Shown here one piece after another: positions 42,331 to 56,100 of a stretch of DNA of 63,022 bases; positions within the stretch are counted from its first letter, which is position 1; each line of letters begins with the position of its first letter. The translations under genes were made by a program, and so were the position numbers. Under the pieces are notes generated by a model, which was given only the letters and a program-made list of their open reading frames with translations, was not told where the DNA came from and made no database searches. Source of the DNA: Ancylonema sp. (lineage: Eukaryota); the NCBI GenBank assembly GCA_050230475.1, contig JBFLGF010000162.1, positions 1 to 63,022 of the forward strand. The letters run 5' to 3'.

Positions 42331-43143
42331 TCAATAGTCTGCAAGACTTATGCCTGCCTCCTTAGCCATTGTTTCTAGTGACTTCCACTCTAAAGTCTTG
42401 ATAGCTTTTGTGGAAAGCTTCAGACGCACAAATCTTTTCCCTTGTGGCCACCAGATTCGTTTGATTTGCAAGTTGGCTTGTTGTAGATGCTTCACACGAG
42501 TCTTGGAAAAAGACACCTTATAACCGTTATTCCTCTTCTTGCCAGTCAAGTCACAAACTCTCTCTGCACAACATCAGTCAATGAAGAGACATGGTTGCTC
42601 ATACATCTCCCAATCTCGTGATCGCACACTACTTTAGTTTCTGATCATTACCCCATGAGCTGATTACAGTGGGAAGAAACAACACCCATGCTTACTCTAA
42701 TCCACTTCCGCAGAATCATACGGCTGCTGACGATAATGTGTATATCAACAGTGGACCTCCTCTGATAAATGTGTTACTCCTTTCTTTACACCAAGTAATG
42801 CGATATGTGGTATGAGTTTTGTGTGTGATGTGTGTATGTGCTATGTGGTGTCAGATGGCCGTCTCTTTTTTTAGTGGGATGCAGGGTCTTCGAGTTAACA
42901 TTTGTTTTTATATATCGTAAGACGGATTTGAATCTATAACTCACTCGCTTCTGGGCACACGACGGAATTGGGAACCACACGAGGAAGAGGCGAAGATACC
43001 ACAAGCTTATGGAAAGCGCCTGTTAGCCCGGACATTTCACTGCCTTTGAAGCCAACCACGGCTCTCGACACATGGGCGCCAAGGCCGAGTGACGAAGAAC
43101 TGCAGGCCACGGACGTCATTGCAGCCATGGCTGTACTGCACAT
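42331..43143 (-). CDS. RPL28: Plastid 50S ribosomal protein L28, 2 exons, about 143 aa
   Basis: Exons 43143-42945 (Ser/Ala-rich transit peptide) and 42563-42331 ([38 protein letters not shown]...[14 protein letters not shown]). Confidence 0.93.
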
Positions 43144-43773
43144 AGTTGGGGGTCCCACAACGCCAGCCAATCCTGCATCAAACACGCTATGGCTTATTAG
43201 TGAAGAGCCCTAGCCCGCGACTGGGTTCAGGAGTTTTTTTTTTGTTTTAACGGAAATTCTGTGCGTTGATTCGGTACAGCAAAATCAGCGGCACATAATT
43301 TTTCCAAAAGCTACGTGGACCCGGTCGGGGTCCACGTAGCACTGCCGTTCAAATCAAGGGGCGTGTTCCACGGTATGTCGGCCGAAAAGGCGCCAGTCGG
43401 CCAGTCGGATTCCTCGGATTTGGGTGAGTCGACGAATCGTTTCTGTCCACGTGTGCAGGTCAAATAACCTTGTCTGCCGACATAGTCCACGGTCCTCTTT
43501 TTCCACGGAGTTTGTGTATTTCCGACCTGCATTTGGCATTTGGCATTTGGCATTTGTCAGACCAGTATCGTCGAAACCAGGACGCCTGAGACTTCTCCCA
43601 GCGTCTTCCCTCACGTAGCGATCGAAGTCAATGGCGCATTTCGCTTCGGTGATAACATCGAGACAGCGCAGCCTTGCTTCGCAGGTGTAGGATGCTTGGG
43701 ACGCCGTGCATTTAGTAAACATACTGCCCACAGCCGTATCTTAAGGTTGTGATTCTCGAGCCTGACTCACTTT

Positions 43774-45902
43774 ATGGGATTTTCCGGAGTTGATTTACCA
43801 GATAATTGCGAGATTGACTTAAGGGCTACTGCGGAATCGGATAATTCATTATCAGAATCCCAAGCGGTAAGGAATCCCATACCAGAGGATGGCGATTCTT
43901 CTGTTCCGGATATTCCTACCAAACACCAACGTGGCAGTGCCATAATGCTTTCTGTCACCGACGTCATAACCAGTCTCTTTCTCCTCATTTGGTTAATTCT
44001 CTGTGGAATAATGCTGATTCGGAAACGGGAAATGTGGCGCGCGGGCGCGGCAGCCGCTGCCTTCGAAGTCGTCTCCCTCATTTCTCAGCGACTCTCTGGC
44101 CACCTAATTCCCGCAACCAAGACTTTGAGCGGTATCAAACTGAACCTGTGGCACAACACTGTTGTGTCGTATTGCCACTCCCTGACAGCCGCTGGCGGAG
44201 GTGAGAAATTCATCCTGATTTATAGTTCCACGTAAGGAGAGAAGGACATCTTATGACATCTGAATGACCCGCGTCCTCTTAAGCAGATGGGGAGGTCACA
44301 TGTTGCTGCTGATATATATATGGCCTTTTGGGGCCGTCCGCAACATATGTGGCCTTCTGGGGCCGTCCGCAAATAGGGCAATGGTTTGTCGCTACTATGG
44401 AAGGAAAAAGTGGGGTTATAAGGGGGGAGGTGGTGGGGGATTAAAATGAAATATAATGAAAGATCAGTTGGTGTCGAGGTATCACAAATCTACGAAGTGC
44501 ATGACATACGGTTTAGAAGGGGCGTGGAAAGAAAATGAAAGAAAATAACTTAAACTTAACTTAATCTTAAACTTAACGGTTCATCTTTACTCACGGATCT
44601 CGCATTTTATACAGCTTGGATATTGTTTATTGGCTTACTAGATACCGGAACCGGTACAAACACATTTCGTTCCGGTGGCATGCACATTATGAAATGACAC
44701 CCATGGGGTTGATGCGAGGGCGTTAGTTATCCACATGTATAACTTTAAACTAGGTTTTAGGACAGCATTAGAGAACCACAATCTTCATCTGTCACGTGAT
44801 TAGGTTGTGATTAACATACTACATGCACAAGTTTTAATCACACAAAGTAGTCATGTGTTCTATGTGCTATGTGGTGTGTGCTATTTAAGATACTTGCCGT
44901 TAGGGATCTTGTTTGGAGTTTTGATGTGGGGAGAAAGAAGTCACCATATCAAGCACATCACTTGTCCCACAATGATCATATTTCCCGCAAGCAGTGGGTT
45001 TTAAATATAGAAACAACAACAAGGACAAAACCTTTTCTTAGAATCACTGTAAAAGACTTAACCAATACCACTCTCCTTCTTCTCCCAGTCATTCTTGTGT
45101 TTGCAGTTGACTTTTCCACATTTGGGAGAGGAATGTACAGTGGCCATGGGAAACGTGCCTATACTGTAGTTTGTATCTCGTGTGGATATTTGGCGTATGA
45201 CTTATGGGATACGTTACGGAAGCGCTTGTATAATCCGAAAGCTCCGTCCATTTTGGCGCATAACGCCATCTTGCTCGTGTGTTTCACGACGGCACTATAC
45301 CGAGATGTGACTGTAAACTATCTCATTCTCACTCTCGTGTGCGAGGTGAGTCTTTGATCGCACACTTACTTCATGCGCTAGCCATTCTCCTGATATTGTC
45401 ACACGTGATTGTATATGTGACACCCAACAGTCCCTCCATGTCTTTGTGATTTAGAATGTCTTCTATGTTCTCTACATACAAAAGCACATTCCCAAACGTC
45501 GACGTACATTGCACTCTACAATTATCGTGAAACTTTTGGATGTACCTGACGCCAATCTCGAGTGGTGTTGTGCATCAGACTAATTCCATCTTCTTGCACC
45601 ACCGGAGGCTGCTTTCACTTGGGGGAGTGAGTTCCTCGAGCCGGGTGAATCGCTTGAACTGGAAGTGCTTATGGATCACATTCTTTGCCACCCGGATTGT
45701 GGCCCATGGGATAATTCCACCATGGCTCATTTATGATTCTCGGAGCTTTCCTAGTGGGGTTGAGTTTCTGATGGCATTATGTGGTACAATCTGCTTCAAC
45801 CTTCTCAACGTGGAGCTTGGAAGGGACTTGCTGAAGGCCCAAACGAGGGAGGGAATAACTCACGATGGGGACATTTTTTGGACAAAGGTCTCCATTGACT
45901 GA
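43774..45902 (+). CDS. TLC (TRAM/LAG1/CLN8) domain membrane protein, TLCD1/2-like, 4 exons
   Basis: Exons 43774 (or 43945)-44200, 44615-44653, 45107-45345 and 45579-45902, phases consistent. Motifs WHNTVVSYCHS, SCGYLAYD, LVCETNSIFLHHRRLL, FFATRI and several hydrophobic segments. Start codon uncertain. Confidence 0.8.
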
Positions 45903-46471
45903 CAATTCGGCAATGCATTAAACTCATACGATCTTATTGGGGAGACTATATATTGTTGTTTACACCTTTGTGGTTTATATGCTCGACAAACGCCACGTGT
46001 CATGTAATGTCGCTAGGTTGTGTAGGGAGTGGTATCAAACAAACTTGTACATAAATAGCAACCATATTTGGCTTAGTTCTTCCATTTCAACCTTACAACG
46101 TGGAAAGCTCAAATGAGTGGCGATTCGAAATCCCCATGATTGAGTGGCCATGTATTTGCAACGTCCTAAAGACGTTGTTGAAAATAGGAAGGTATGGTGG
46201 ATGTACTTTTCGTCGACTTGTTCAATTGTTGTTGGTTGCTGCAACTATGGTTGCTACTCTCAAGTCATGGGCTGCAAGGATGTTCGAACCCCGGCATTGC
46301 CTTACAATAAAAAAATTGGCTATCCAAATTGAACTATTGGGCCACTATCGTAGTCGTAACAAGAGAGTGCGATGACCACACGCCAATATTTGAGGGAGAT
46401 AAATTGCGTAAGTAAGGAACTATGTGTCAAGGGTGCCAAAGTAATTTTGCAACGTATCGAGGACCGAAATG

Positions 46472-47542
46472 CACTGCTCCCTCGATATAACGACCCTCTT
46501 TATAACGACAACCTCGATGTAACGACACTTTTTTTGTTTTTTTTTTATCAATATGACATCGCCCTCAATACAAGCATAACGACGCTCTTATCACAAATTA
46601 TTTCGGAAATTTGTTAGTGAATGTCCTTATACTGTGTATGTAACGCTATTGCTCGCAGATAACGATTTATGGAAATCGAGAAAAATCTATAAACCTCATG
46701 AACGACACCTCAAATTCTCTACGACGTGTTCAAGTTGTTCCGTATGTCATATCAAGAGAACGCCGCCTCTGTCCTCCTCGGATGGTCCAGAACTAAGATC
46801 TGTATATGTAGCAACCGTTCCTCTTGGGTTGCGAAGCACTCACAAGTTACTCTCATTCAATGTTAACGTTACCAACTGTTAAGTAGACACGATGCACAAT
46901 TCGGAACAAGTGAACTTCTTTGCATCAAAAAAAAAAAAAAAATGCCTACCAAAAACAAGTGTCCATGTTGTTTATTGTTCCAACCGTCCACTACTTTTAC
47001 TCCATGTCCAAGAGAATGTGCGAGTCTAGTGTTTCTTTGTAACAACCTTGATACTTCCCCAATTCTCCTCGTACAGTTTTGTGGTATATTTTGTCCATCT
47101 GCATGTATTGCTATCTTGACGCACTTGTACAGCTCGTATATCAACACACACGCTGAATTGGATAATCATGCCAAGGCAACTTACTCTAGGAAACACATAA
47201 TACAGTGAAACCTGTCCTAATTAATACTGTGCTAATTAATAACCTGTCTTAACTAGTAGAAAATCTTCCGCCCGGTTTCGGGTTATCACCCAGGCCCTGA
47301 CGTGTTAATTAATAACCTCTCTTATATGATATTTTTTCCCGGTCCCGATAGTATTACTTATGACAGGTTTTACTGTAAACACATTTGCTTATCCACTTTG
47401 CTTCATTCGCAAAGTCCCTCGATACAGGGACAAAGCTTTCAGATTCTAGTAGTAAATGTCGTTAAACAGTGTATAACGACGACACCTCGATATAACGACA
47501 CTTTTTTGGAAAACAATTGGTCGTTATTTCGAGGGAGCACTG
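46472..47542. mobile_element. Family F MITE with two internal insertions
   Basis: Collinear with 7721-8341 except for about 290 bp of foreign DNA (about 46720-47005) and a nested MITE. Confidence 0.85.
47203..47375. mobile_element. 173-bp TA-flanked MITE nested in the family F copy
   Basis: TIRs cagtgaaacctgtc / gacaggttttactg. The empty site in the 7721 copy (acataaTAaacacatt) confirms the TA duplication. Confidence 0.88.
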
Positions 47543-48454
47543 TATGCCAAGGTTCAAGCTTGTGTGATACGAGGATACAATCTTGTTGCTTCCTTTACAA
47601 AAGTCAAATGCCAGGTGCTTGAACATTAACACCACAATTTGAACCCCCTAACAATCATGTTGGTCGGTGTGACAAAAAATGTTTTAGAGCTTTAGTGAGC
47701 TTTCTTAAATGCCAACAACCAACAACAAAAGGCACAAATGTAGCTACTGAGAAGGTATCTCATGCACCACGTCTTCCAATCATATGTATTCCTGAATTCG
47801 GCTCAATGTGCCTTCGTCTTTTTGGGGAGGATCAAGGTAAAACGCCGACATAAGAATCGAAAAGGAGCATGATTATTTTCTTACGTATTTGCATTTTTGT
47901 ATGTACACTCCCTAGAATTGCCGAAAGGCTTGTTTCTTACAATGGAATGATCTTTACAAGACGAAGTCCATGTCGGGGTTTTACCGTTCCCGTGCTTCAA
48001 ATCATGACAACGGTGTAATGTGTCTTTACTATGTTAACAACTATGTACCTCAAGGGGGTGCCATATGACCTGCTCAACATGGGATTTACACGTCAGATTA
48101 ACGGCCATAGATTGAAGTTGGTTCCGGCATAAACATCATCTTCCCTTCATCAATTTACTCAGACTTGCATTCATAAATCAACCTACTTCCTACTACATTT
48201 GAAAGAAAAAGGAACATGAACATAAACAAAACAAAAAATACGCACTCTAGAGCAACATCGCTTCTTCGGTTGTTATTATGTCAAAAAAAAAGGAAGGACA
48301 CATGTTGTATCTATTATTCGGAAGATGATACACCAGAAAACACAAAAAGAAATCAAAATCGTTCGTTTTTGCATACAATATCAATCACATACACCATTCA
48401 AAACTACATGTGCCACCCCACCCCCCTTGACAAACATTTAGTGTAAAAAAACCC

Positions 48455-48487
<33 letters not shown>

Positions 48488-48584
48488 TCAGGTCATCATG
48501 TTTCCCTCTTCTTTTCTTGCAAATCGACATACGGGTGAATCAGGGCACCACACTTCTCCTCACAGCTGATTTCCAAAACCCTTG

Positions 48585-51500
48585 CTACCCTTCTACATCG
48601 CAGCCCCACTTACTTTCATTCCTAATCACGGTCAGCCCGTCCTCGGCATCACACACCTCATCGGATGTGAGCTGGATACCTGCCGTCGTGATCGCGTACG
48701 GAAAGGCCAGCGCAGCTGCCATAGGTGCTTTGGCAATCTTCAAGAACCGTTGACCTGGGAAAGAATCCGGAGACGTCAGAGCTGCTGCGCCCGCTGCTGA
48801 AGTTTTGTTGATGTGTACAAAACATATTTATTTTGATTCCTGAACTGTCATGTTACATTTAGGTGCCCTGATCCTCCAGTTCCACAAGGGCTAAAATGCT
48901 TCGATTTAAACTTCATCGCCAGGCTCAGATTGGTTATTGGCTATACAGAACTTTGCTATTGCATCTCCATTGCAAGAGCAAAGTCCTTTGTCCTTTCTAC
49001 GGCCAGGTGTGGTCAACATTTTTGCGGATCACACGAACCCCATCTCAAGCTGGTTCCAAGTCGCAATGCAAACCAGCAAAGGCATGTCGTCGATTACGCA
49101 GCCGCTATTACCTGCGACAATCTCCATTACAAGGCGTATATTCACACAATGCGCCCACTTCAATCCGAGAGCGGGTGTCAGGTAGGCCTCTGCGATTTCT
49201 GGCAAGTCCGCGTTATCTCTGACACCTTGGACTGCATCACCAGGGTGACTGGTGGCAGTCAGGGGGTCAATCGTTAGGGTAGGACAGCAACTACCAGATT
49301 CTAAAATCTCTACCACAAGGTTCCTTGGATCAAATGTCGACGCTCGAAGGTTTGAATTACCTCGCACCTTAACAGATAATTTCTCCTTGTTCTTTAGACA
49401 AGTGAGACAATCTGCCTCACCCGGTGGAACCAGTTGTCCAAATAAGGAATAAAATAAGTGAATTGTACAGAGGGGCAAATCTGAAATTTTGCCGGATTGT
49501 GTCCTACGACTGAGAATACATACCGAAATCATATGTGGGCTGCCCAGCAGGACCTCCGAAGCGCGTTGTCACTTGGTTGGTCACCACCACAGATACACGG
49601 AATTTGTCTGCCAAGTGCCTGAGAAAGATAAGAAGTCACAGGGTGGGGAAAGGATTTTTTTTTGTTTTTTTTTTTTTGGTGAGATGCTTTTGTTTTCTCG
49701 GATTTTATCGACCGGAACCACAAACAGCCGAACATCAGGTTATGGTTTCTTCAATAGGATTTTGACACGAGATTGCTTCATCCACCTTTGACCATGTCCA
49801 TTTCACGCTTGCAGTAATGAGCTTCCGAAGGGGGAAAACATGTAACCATGTAACATTGGCCAAAAATCATGCATAGACAGAAGCTTTACTTGAGAATTGT
49901 TGCTTGACGTCCAAGTAGCTCCTGGTTCTGGATCATTTTGTCCCCCACTGTTTCACTGCGTCTCACAAAAACCGTGAAATCGCTTCAACATGTATTCAAT
50001 ACCGATTTGCTCACTCTCAGGAAATCAAAACAACTTGACTCCAGGTTTTGCCCACTGTTGGCGATGATGCTTCACATGCAAGAATGACAGAAGCGTTTCT
50101 GAAGACATACAGGGCGAAGCAGAACATGTACCTCCGCAGCAGTGCAGCGATCGAGTCAACAACAACGAGTCGTACATGCTTTTCGATGATAGTCTCTTCT
50201 AGCGCACTTAGCCTAGCAGCACATGCGAAACAACTCCAGGTCTACATTCGTTCAACAAACAAGAGTTTAGTTCCAACACTTCTCCAGACTGCACTGGGAT
50301 GACAGAGTGTCGTTCTCCTTCAATGGATCACAATTCGTGTTCGAGGTGCTTGAGGTCAAATAAGAATGATGCAGCAGGTGACCACACCAGAACCAGATAA
50401 GGCAGAAGCGTGAGGAGAAGCTTACAACACGGGCCTTCCCACCCCACCTGTTCATGAGATCTGTGGCAGAATCCGGAGTGACCACAATCACTCGAGATGT
50501 CAACTGCAACATAGCCAGAAAGATACATACTTCACCCATTGAGACACCGTTCCGACCTCTTATAAATGGAAATACAGCATGCCACGATGCAGGACTAGCT
50601 GTTGCTGGATGTCAAGTTTATGAAACCCGCTTGTCGGGGTTGTCAATTTCTTTTACAGCACGGTGACTGTACTAGCCGCCAGATTATCTGCATCAAAACT
50701 CACATCCTGTATGATTGCCTCGTTGGCACTCTGGAACTGGTCGGGGTAACGTGTTTGCGCTATCTCGACAAATCTGCATTCGAAAGCAGCCCCAGCACTG
50801 GATATCAGTCTTATTTTTCGACCCCCTGAAATTGAAGAGAGAGCACTCGTGTGTTCTTTGACTGAAACGACATGACGTGGTGACCAGACAGGATTCAGAC
50901 TTTGTGCTGCCATGGAACTGGTCTTATGTGGTACCTGGAAGAACTGAACTTTCTTTCCGTGTCAAAGTATACCACTGTACCATCCAAGCCTCCATGAGTC
51001 TGTGGAAGTGTAGCACACAGGGACAGCATAAAACAGAACTGCAGCCACACAGATGGTCCAGACGGCAGCTCGTAAATGTCAACGGGGCAATCCTTAAACT
51101 TCGAAATCGACATAGTAATTCATTTTGTTGCTCATGGGCAGAGGAAGTGTGGAATGGGACATATGATGCCCTAATCATGGACACTCAGCGCCAAACACAC
51201 TCGGAACACAGTCCCCAAAAAGATAAGATTTTCCAACATTATCAAGTATGAGCACTTTATGTTGGTCAACATGAAGACAATTATCGACTTTGAAGGCTAA
51301 AAGTAAAAGCAACGATGGCGCTGCTTGTGTGATTGAAGTTGCACCAAGTAGGCATGTCACAGGTACTGAAGTTAAATCTTATGGAAAGAGATGCCTGCTC
51401 GGCAGGCTACCCTTCCCATGTTTCATACTTACTTGCGTTTTGCCGACTCCTGCTGCGCCCACGAGCTCTGTAATCGTGCCAAGTGGTAGTCCACCATAAA

Positions 51501-52227
51501 GAGCTTCATCCAGGGCATCAAGTTGTGTTTGAAGGTGATTAAGGTTCTCGCTCCTACCCACTCTTTCGTTTAAGAGCTCAAGCACCTGTAGTGAGTTTGA
51601 CATTTGGATAGGATGCCGAAGTGATAGATGCCAGCCCAGGATCTTCTCCATCAGCTCAAGGAACCACTCCAACCCCCGTGACATGCTGTAAATTCTTTGT
51701 TTGCAGTATACCAGGCATCAAGCTCAATAGGCATGGAACGACTCAGCACCAGAGACCATCTACACTCACTCTAATGGTGTGGAGACCACAGTCGTCCTCA
51801 ATTGTTTTTTGCCAGACGGTATTTTTCTGGTGGTCATTAATATGACCACCAGGCATCAAACTGGAAATAACTTTTTCAACGCTTACACTGGTGCATTTTG
51901 GGGCAAGTTGTCTGCTGATTGCATGCAGCGTCTCACGCAGATCATCTAGGTTGATATCCAGCAGTTCGATGAGCTCCAGTTCCGTTTTCCCGAGAACATC
52001 CTGATTCACAATTTCACCAGAGTCTGTGAGAATGAGGAAATGAAGGTGCATTTCGTATTCCGTCAACAGTTTAAACGGCAAGAGTTGCCTTGGCAAGGCT
52101 CCAGTGAAGCTGCAAATAGGTGAACTCGAAATGATCAGCTTGCCTTGGCGGTGTGCAGATTTCGTGCAGCTAATCTGTGGATAACAATCCCCTTCAGATC
52201 CATGTCGGACAGCATTTTGCAGGCCAT
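48585..52227 (-). CDS. RAD51B: DNA repair protein RAD51 homolog 2 (RAD51B), 11 exons
   Basis: Exons 52227-52144, 52000-51887, 51585-51433, 51038-50935, 50773-50704, 50503-50448, 50212-50132, 49955-49890, 49618-49524, about 49300-49112 and 48754-48585. Motifs AARNLHTAKDVL, Walker A GAAGVGKTQ, FDTERKFSSSR, Walker B VVVDSIAAL, VVTNQV, ALGLKWAHCVNIRL. The 3' end is less certain. Confidence 0.9.
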
Positions 52228-52611
52228 TAAGCTCTCCAGAAATCCCTGAATAATATCCCAAAATTTGGTTTCGATGGAAGGTCATCCTAAGCAGGAAGGT
52301 GACAGCTTTACATCCAAGGCTGTGGTGCTTATGCTTTCTCGCGTTTTCTTCGGAGATACTTTCGGATAGCAGGTTCCAGACAGCAGACGCTAAGGGCTAC
52401 AGCTGGATGTTCAGAACATGGCAATTTGCTACTCAGCTTCGCCTTCATAACATAAAGTCGCCAAGAAATGTGACATGGTGCGACTTCTCTGCAAAGCTTG
52501 GAATCGCCCCAGGTGACCGCAAGGGGGGGCCGCCCGCCGGGTCAACACCGCCCGCCGGTCCAAACGCAGCGAAAGGATAACGGAGAATAGTCAACGTCGT
52601 TTACTTTACAG

Positions 52612-53113
52612 CATAGTTGGCCCCGCCCCGCAAATCCCGCCCCGCTTTCCGCCCCGAGCGGCGCTCCGGGCGGGAAATTCCTCGCCCGGGGCGGGGCCAT
52701 AGAGGTTTTCAAGGATTTTTGTAAAAGGACCCCAAGACCACGTAGATCATGTACACCTTTTTAAAAGTCAAATCCGAAAAGTATTCAATATTTTATAACA
52801 CTAACTACGCCTGCCATCTTTACCCGTGTAATATTCTTTTGTGTATCTCAAGTTTTATTTTTTTGATTTTTATTTTTATCGCATTATAACCACACCATGC
52901 CACGGAGTCGGACTCACGGGTGACATAAGATGATGTCGGAATTGTGGCGTATGGTGCACATTGTGCAAGAAGTCAATTTTTGACAAAACCAACCTATCTC
53001 CGCATTGCGGCATTTTTTTATTTTTGGTATTTTGGCCTATGGCCCCGCCCCGCTTCCCGCCCCGGGCGGCGCCCCGGGCGGGAAATTCCCCGCCCGGGGC
53101 GGGGCCAACCATG
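52612..53113. mobile_element. hAT-type MITE with GC-rich palindromic subterminal regions
   Basis: TIRs catagttggccccgcccc / ggggcggggccaaccatg; TSD ctttacag / ctttagag (7 of 8 match). Confidence 0.85.
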
Positions 53114-53140
53114 CTTTAGAGTGACCTCTGTGTATGTATA

Positions 53141-56100
53141 TAGTGCTCCCTCGATATAACGACAGAAAAAATCCATAAAAGTGTCGTTACATCGAGGTGT
53201 ACACTGTATATTGACATTTACTACTAGAATCTGAAATCTATGTCGTTGTATCGAGGGACTTTGCGAATGAATCAAAGTGAATAAGCAAATGTGTATATTA
53301 TGTGTTTCCTAGAGTAAGTTGCCTTGGCATGATTATTAAATTCAGTGTGTGTATTGATATACGATCTATACAAGTGCGTCATGATAGTGAAGTTGTAGGC
53401 TGCCAGCGTCTCGGCCCACCGAGCGTGTCGACGAGAGGTAGTTCGAGCGGCCTCGAAGTATTCCAGGTTCTTATGGTCGGTGTAGACGACGATAGGGTGG
53501 GCCGCGCCCTCCAGGTAGACTCGCCACTCGGGTAGACTCGCCACTGGCGGAAGGCAGCCACGATGGCTAGCAGCTCCTTATCGTAGGGCCGGGTGGAACT
53601 TCTTGGAGTAGTACGCGATGGGGTAGAGCTCGCCACCTGGGTTTGGCTGCGACAGGACGCAGCCGAGGCCGAAGTCTGAGGCGTCTGCTTCGATGGTAAG
53701 TGGCTGCAGGGGTTGGAAGTGTTGCAGGACTGGGGCTGAGGTGAAGGCCAGCTTGAGGGATTGGAAATCCGCCTCCGCCTCACGCGTCCAGCCGAACTTT
53801 GCCCCCTTTCGGGTCAGGGAGGTAAGGGGGCACGCCACCGTAGAGTAACCATTGATGAAGCGTCTGTAGAAGTTAGCACAGCCGAGAAAGGACTGGACCT
53901 CCTTGACTGACTAGGGTGTTGGCCAGTCAAGAAGAGATGCCACCTTCTCGGGGTCCATACCCACGCCGGCTGGGGATACCCGGTAGCCTAGGAAGTCGAT
54001 AGTATTAGTGTGGAACTGGCATTTCTCTAGCTTAGCATGAAGCTTGTTCTCCCCTAGAAGTGCTAGGATAGCACGGACGTGGGGGACATGTTCTTCAAGG
54101 GAGGGGGAGTAGATGATCATGTCGTCGAGTAGACAGTAGACCCGCCAGGAAGACGTCTAGGTGTTCTCGAAACACATCGTCAATAAAAGACTGAAAAGCT
54201 ACTTGGTAGGCCCAAAAGGGCAGACCTGGTACTCATAGTGGCCGTAGCGGCAGCGAAAGGCAGTCTTGTACTCATCCCCCTCCTTGACCCGCAGCAGGTG
54301 ATAAGCATTGCGCAGGTCAATCTTGGTGAAGATTGTGGCGGTGTTCAGGCGGTCTAGCAGCTTAGATATGAGGGGTAAAGGGGCAACGGTTTTTGACTTT
54401 GACCGCGTTGAGGCCTCTGTATTCCACACAGAGCCGCAACTTGCCATCGGGCTTCTTAATGAACAACAGGTGCTCCTCCTGGGCTGGTTGAAGGCCTTAT
54501 GAACCCATTTGCGAGGTTGTCTGTTATGTAGGCTTTGAGGGTAACCAACTCCGGCTCCGAGAGGGAGTAGATCGGCCCCCAAGGTGGCTCTTTCCCGGGC
54601 AGGATGAGAATCTCGAGGTCATACGGGCGGTGGGGGGGAAGGGTGTTTGCAGCCTGCTCCGAGAACACATCTGCGAAGTCGTGGTACGCCGGGGGGAGCT
54701 TGGCGAGGATGGCTGGATGAGGGGGAGGGGGGAGGACAACGGCTAAAATTGATGGTTTTGGTAAGGGAAGGGGAGGGGAGGGGGAGGGGGGGGGAAGGCT
54801 AGAGACCAGGCAGTTTGTTGCACAAAGGATGCTGGTGAAGGACACCTGTTCCGCTTGCCAGTCGATCGTAGGGGTATATTTGTGGAGCCACGGAAAGCCC
54901 AGTAACACAGAGTAGTGGGCCAGACGGGTCACATCCAGGTGCAGGGTCTCGGTGTGGTCACCCGGGCATCTGACCTTGGCATCGTAGTAGCAAGTGATAG
55001 GGCTTGCTGCGGGTGGACTGCCATCTATCAGTTCGACTGGGATAGGTTGGGGGTGGGGTTGGGTGATCAGGGTATGGTTTGCGAGGAGGGAGGGGTCCAC
55101 AAAGTTTCCCGATGCCCCACAGTCGACGAGAGCGACGACGGTGATAGGGGGGAGGGGGTATCGGAGGAGTTGGATGGAAAAGGTGAGTGGGCGGGGAGTG
55201 GAATGGGGGGAGCGTGGGGAAAGGGAACCCAAACAGACCCCTCCTAGGAGTGAGTGGGGGAGTCGTTTTTTGGCTCCTCAGGGTGCAGATCCAAGAAGCG
55301 CACGGATCTAGACTTGCTTTTGTTGGGATAGTGCGCAAGCAAGTGGCCGGGCAGACCACAATAGTGGCACAGATTGCCCTCCTTGCGTCTAGCCGACTCT
55401 GTGGGCTGCAACTTGAGGACCTAGCGGCGGGTCCCACCCATCGATGTCCATGGCGACCACTTGAAGGTGAAGGGGGATCTGCTGAGGGGGGATCTGATCA
55501 GCAGCTCTGGCCTGGGGGGGGACGTAGGTTGAGCGGAATTGTCTAGGCGAGCAGGAGCTAGGGCGTTTTCTATGTTCTTCACAAAGGTAACATACTCGGA
55601 AAAGGTTTCAGGGGGTGTCTAAACCTTCAGGATCTCTTGCCGCAGCTCGGGTTTCAGCCTTTCAAAGTAAGTGAAGATCATAGGATGATCTCCCCACCCC
55701 TGAAACTGCCTGACTAAGGTTCTGAAGTTGGCGGTAAAGTCCTAAACTGCCCCTGTCTGCTTGAGTTCACGCAACTGGCGTTCCTTGGTCAGGTTGGAGG
55801 GGATGTCGCCAAAGGCCTCACTCAGACCTGCCAGGAGGTTGTCCACCGCATAGCCAGCGGGAAGGTTGCCTTCTAGATCATGCTGTTGAGTGAACCACTC
55901 GCCAGCAGCACCAGTTACGAAGGAGGAAAAGTAGAGGACCGTATGGTCACGATCGGAGAATCTGATAGGAGCCACTCGGGTCTGGCTGCGCACTAGCCGT
56001 AGGAAGGTAGCCAAACTTGCGAAATCGCTTGAATACTTGTGTAGATCAGGAAGGACCATTTTTAAAGGGGCTGGCCGGTAGGCTGATTGATAAACCGGGA

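Noticed and set aside
46240..46300. tRNA or SINE (B-box-like gttcgaaccc)
   Set aside because: No convincing cloverleaf, A-box spacing or TSD.
51743..52285. ORF-track start MTFHRNQ as the RAD51B N-terminus
   Set aside because: It reads through intron 1 in the wrong frame for exon 1; the homologous start is at 52227.
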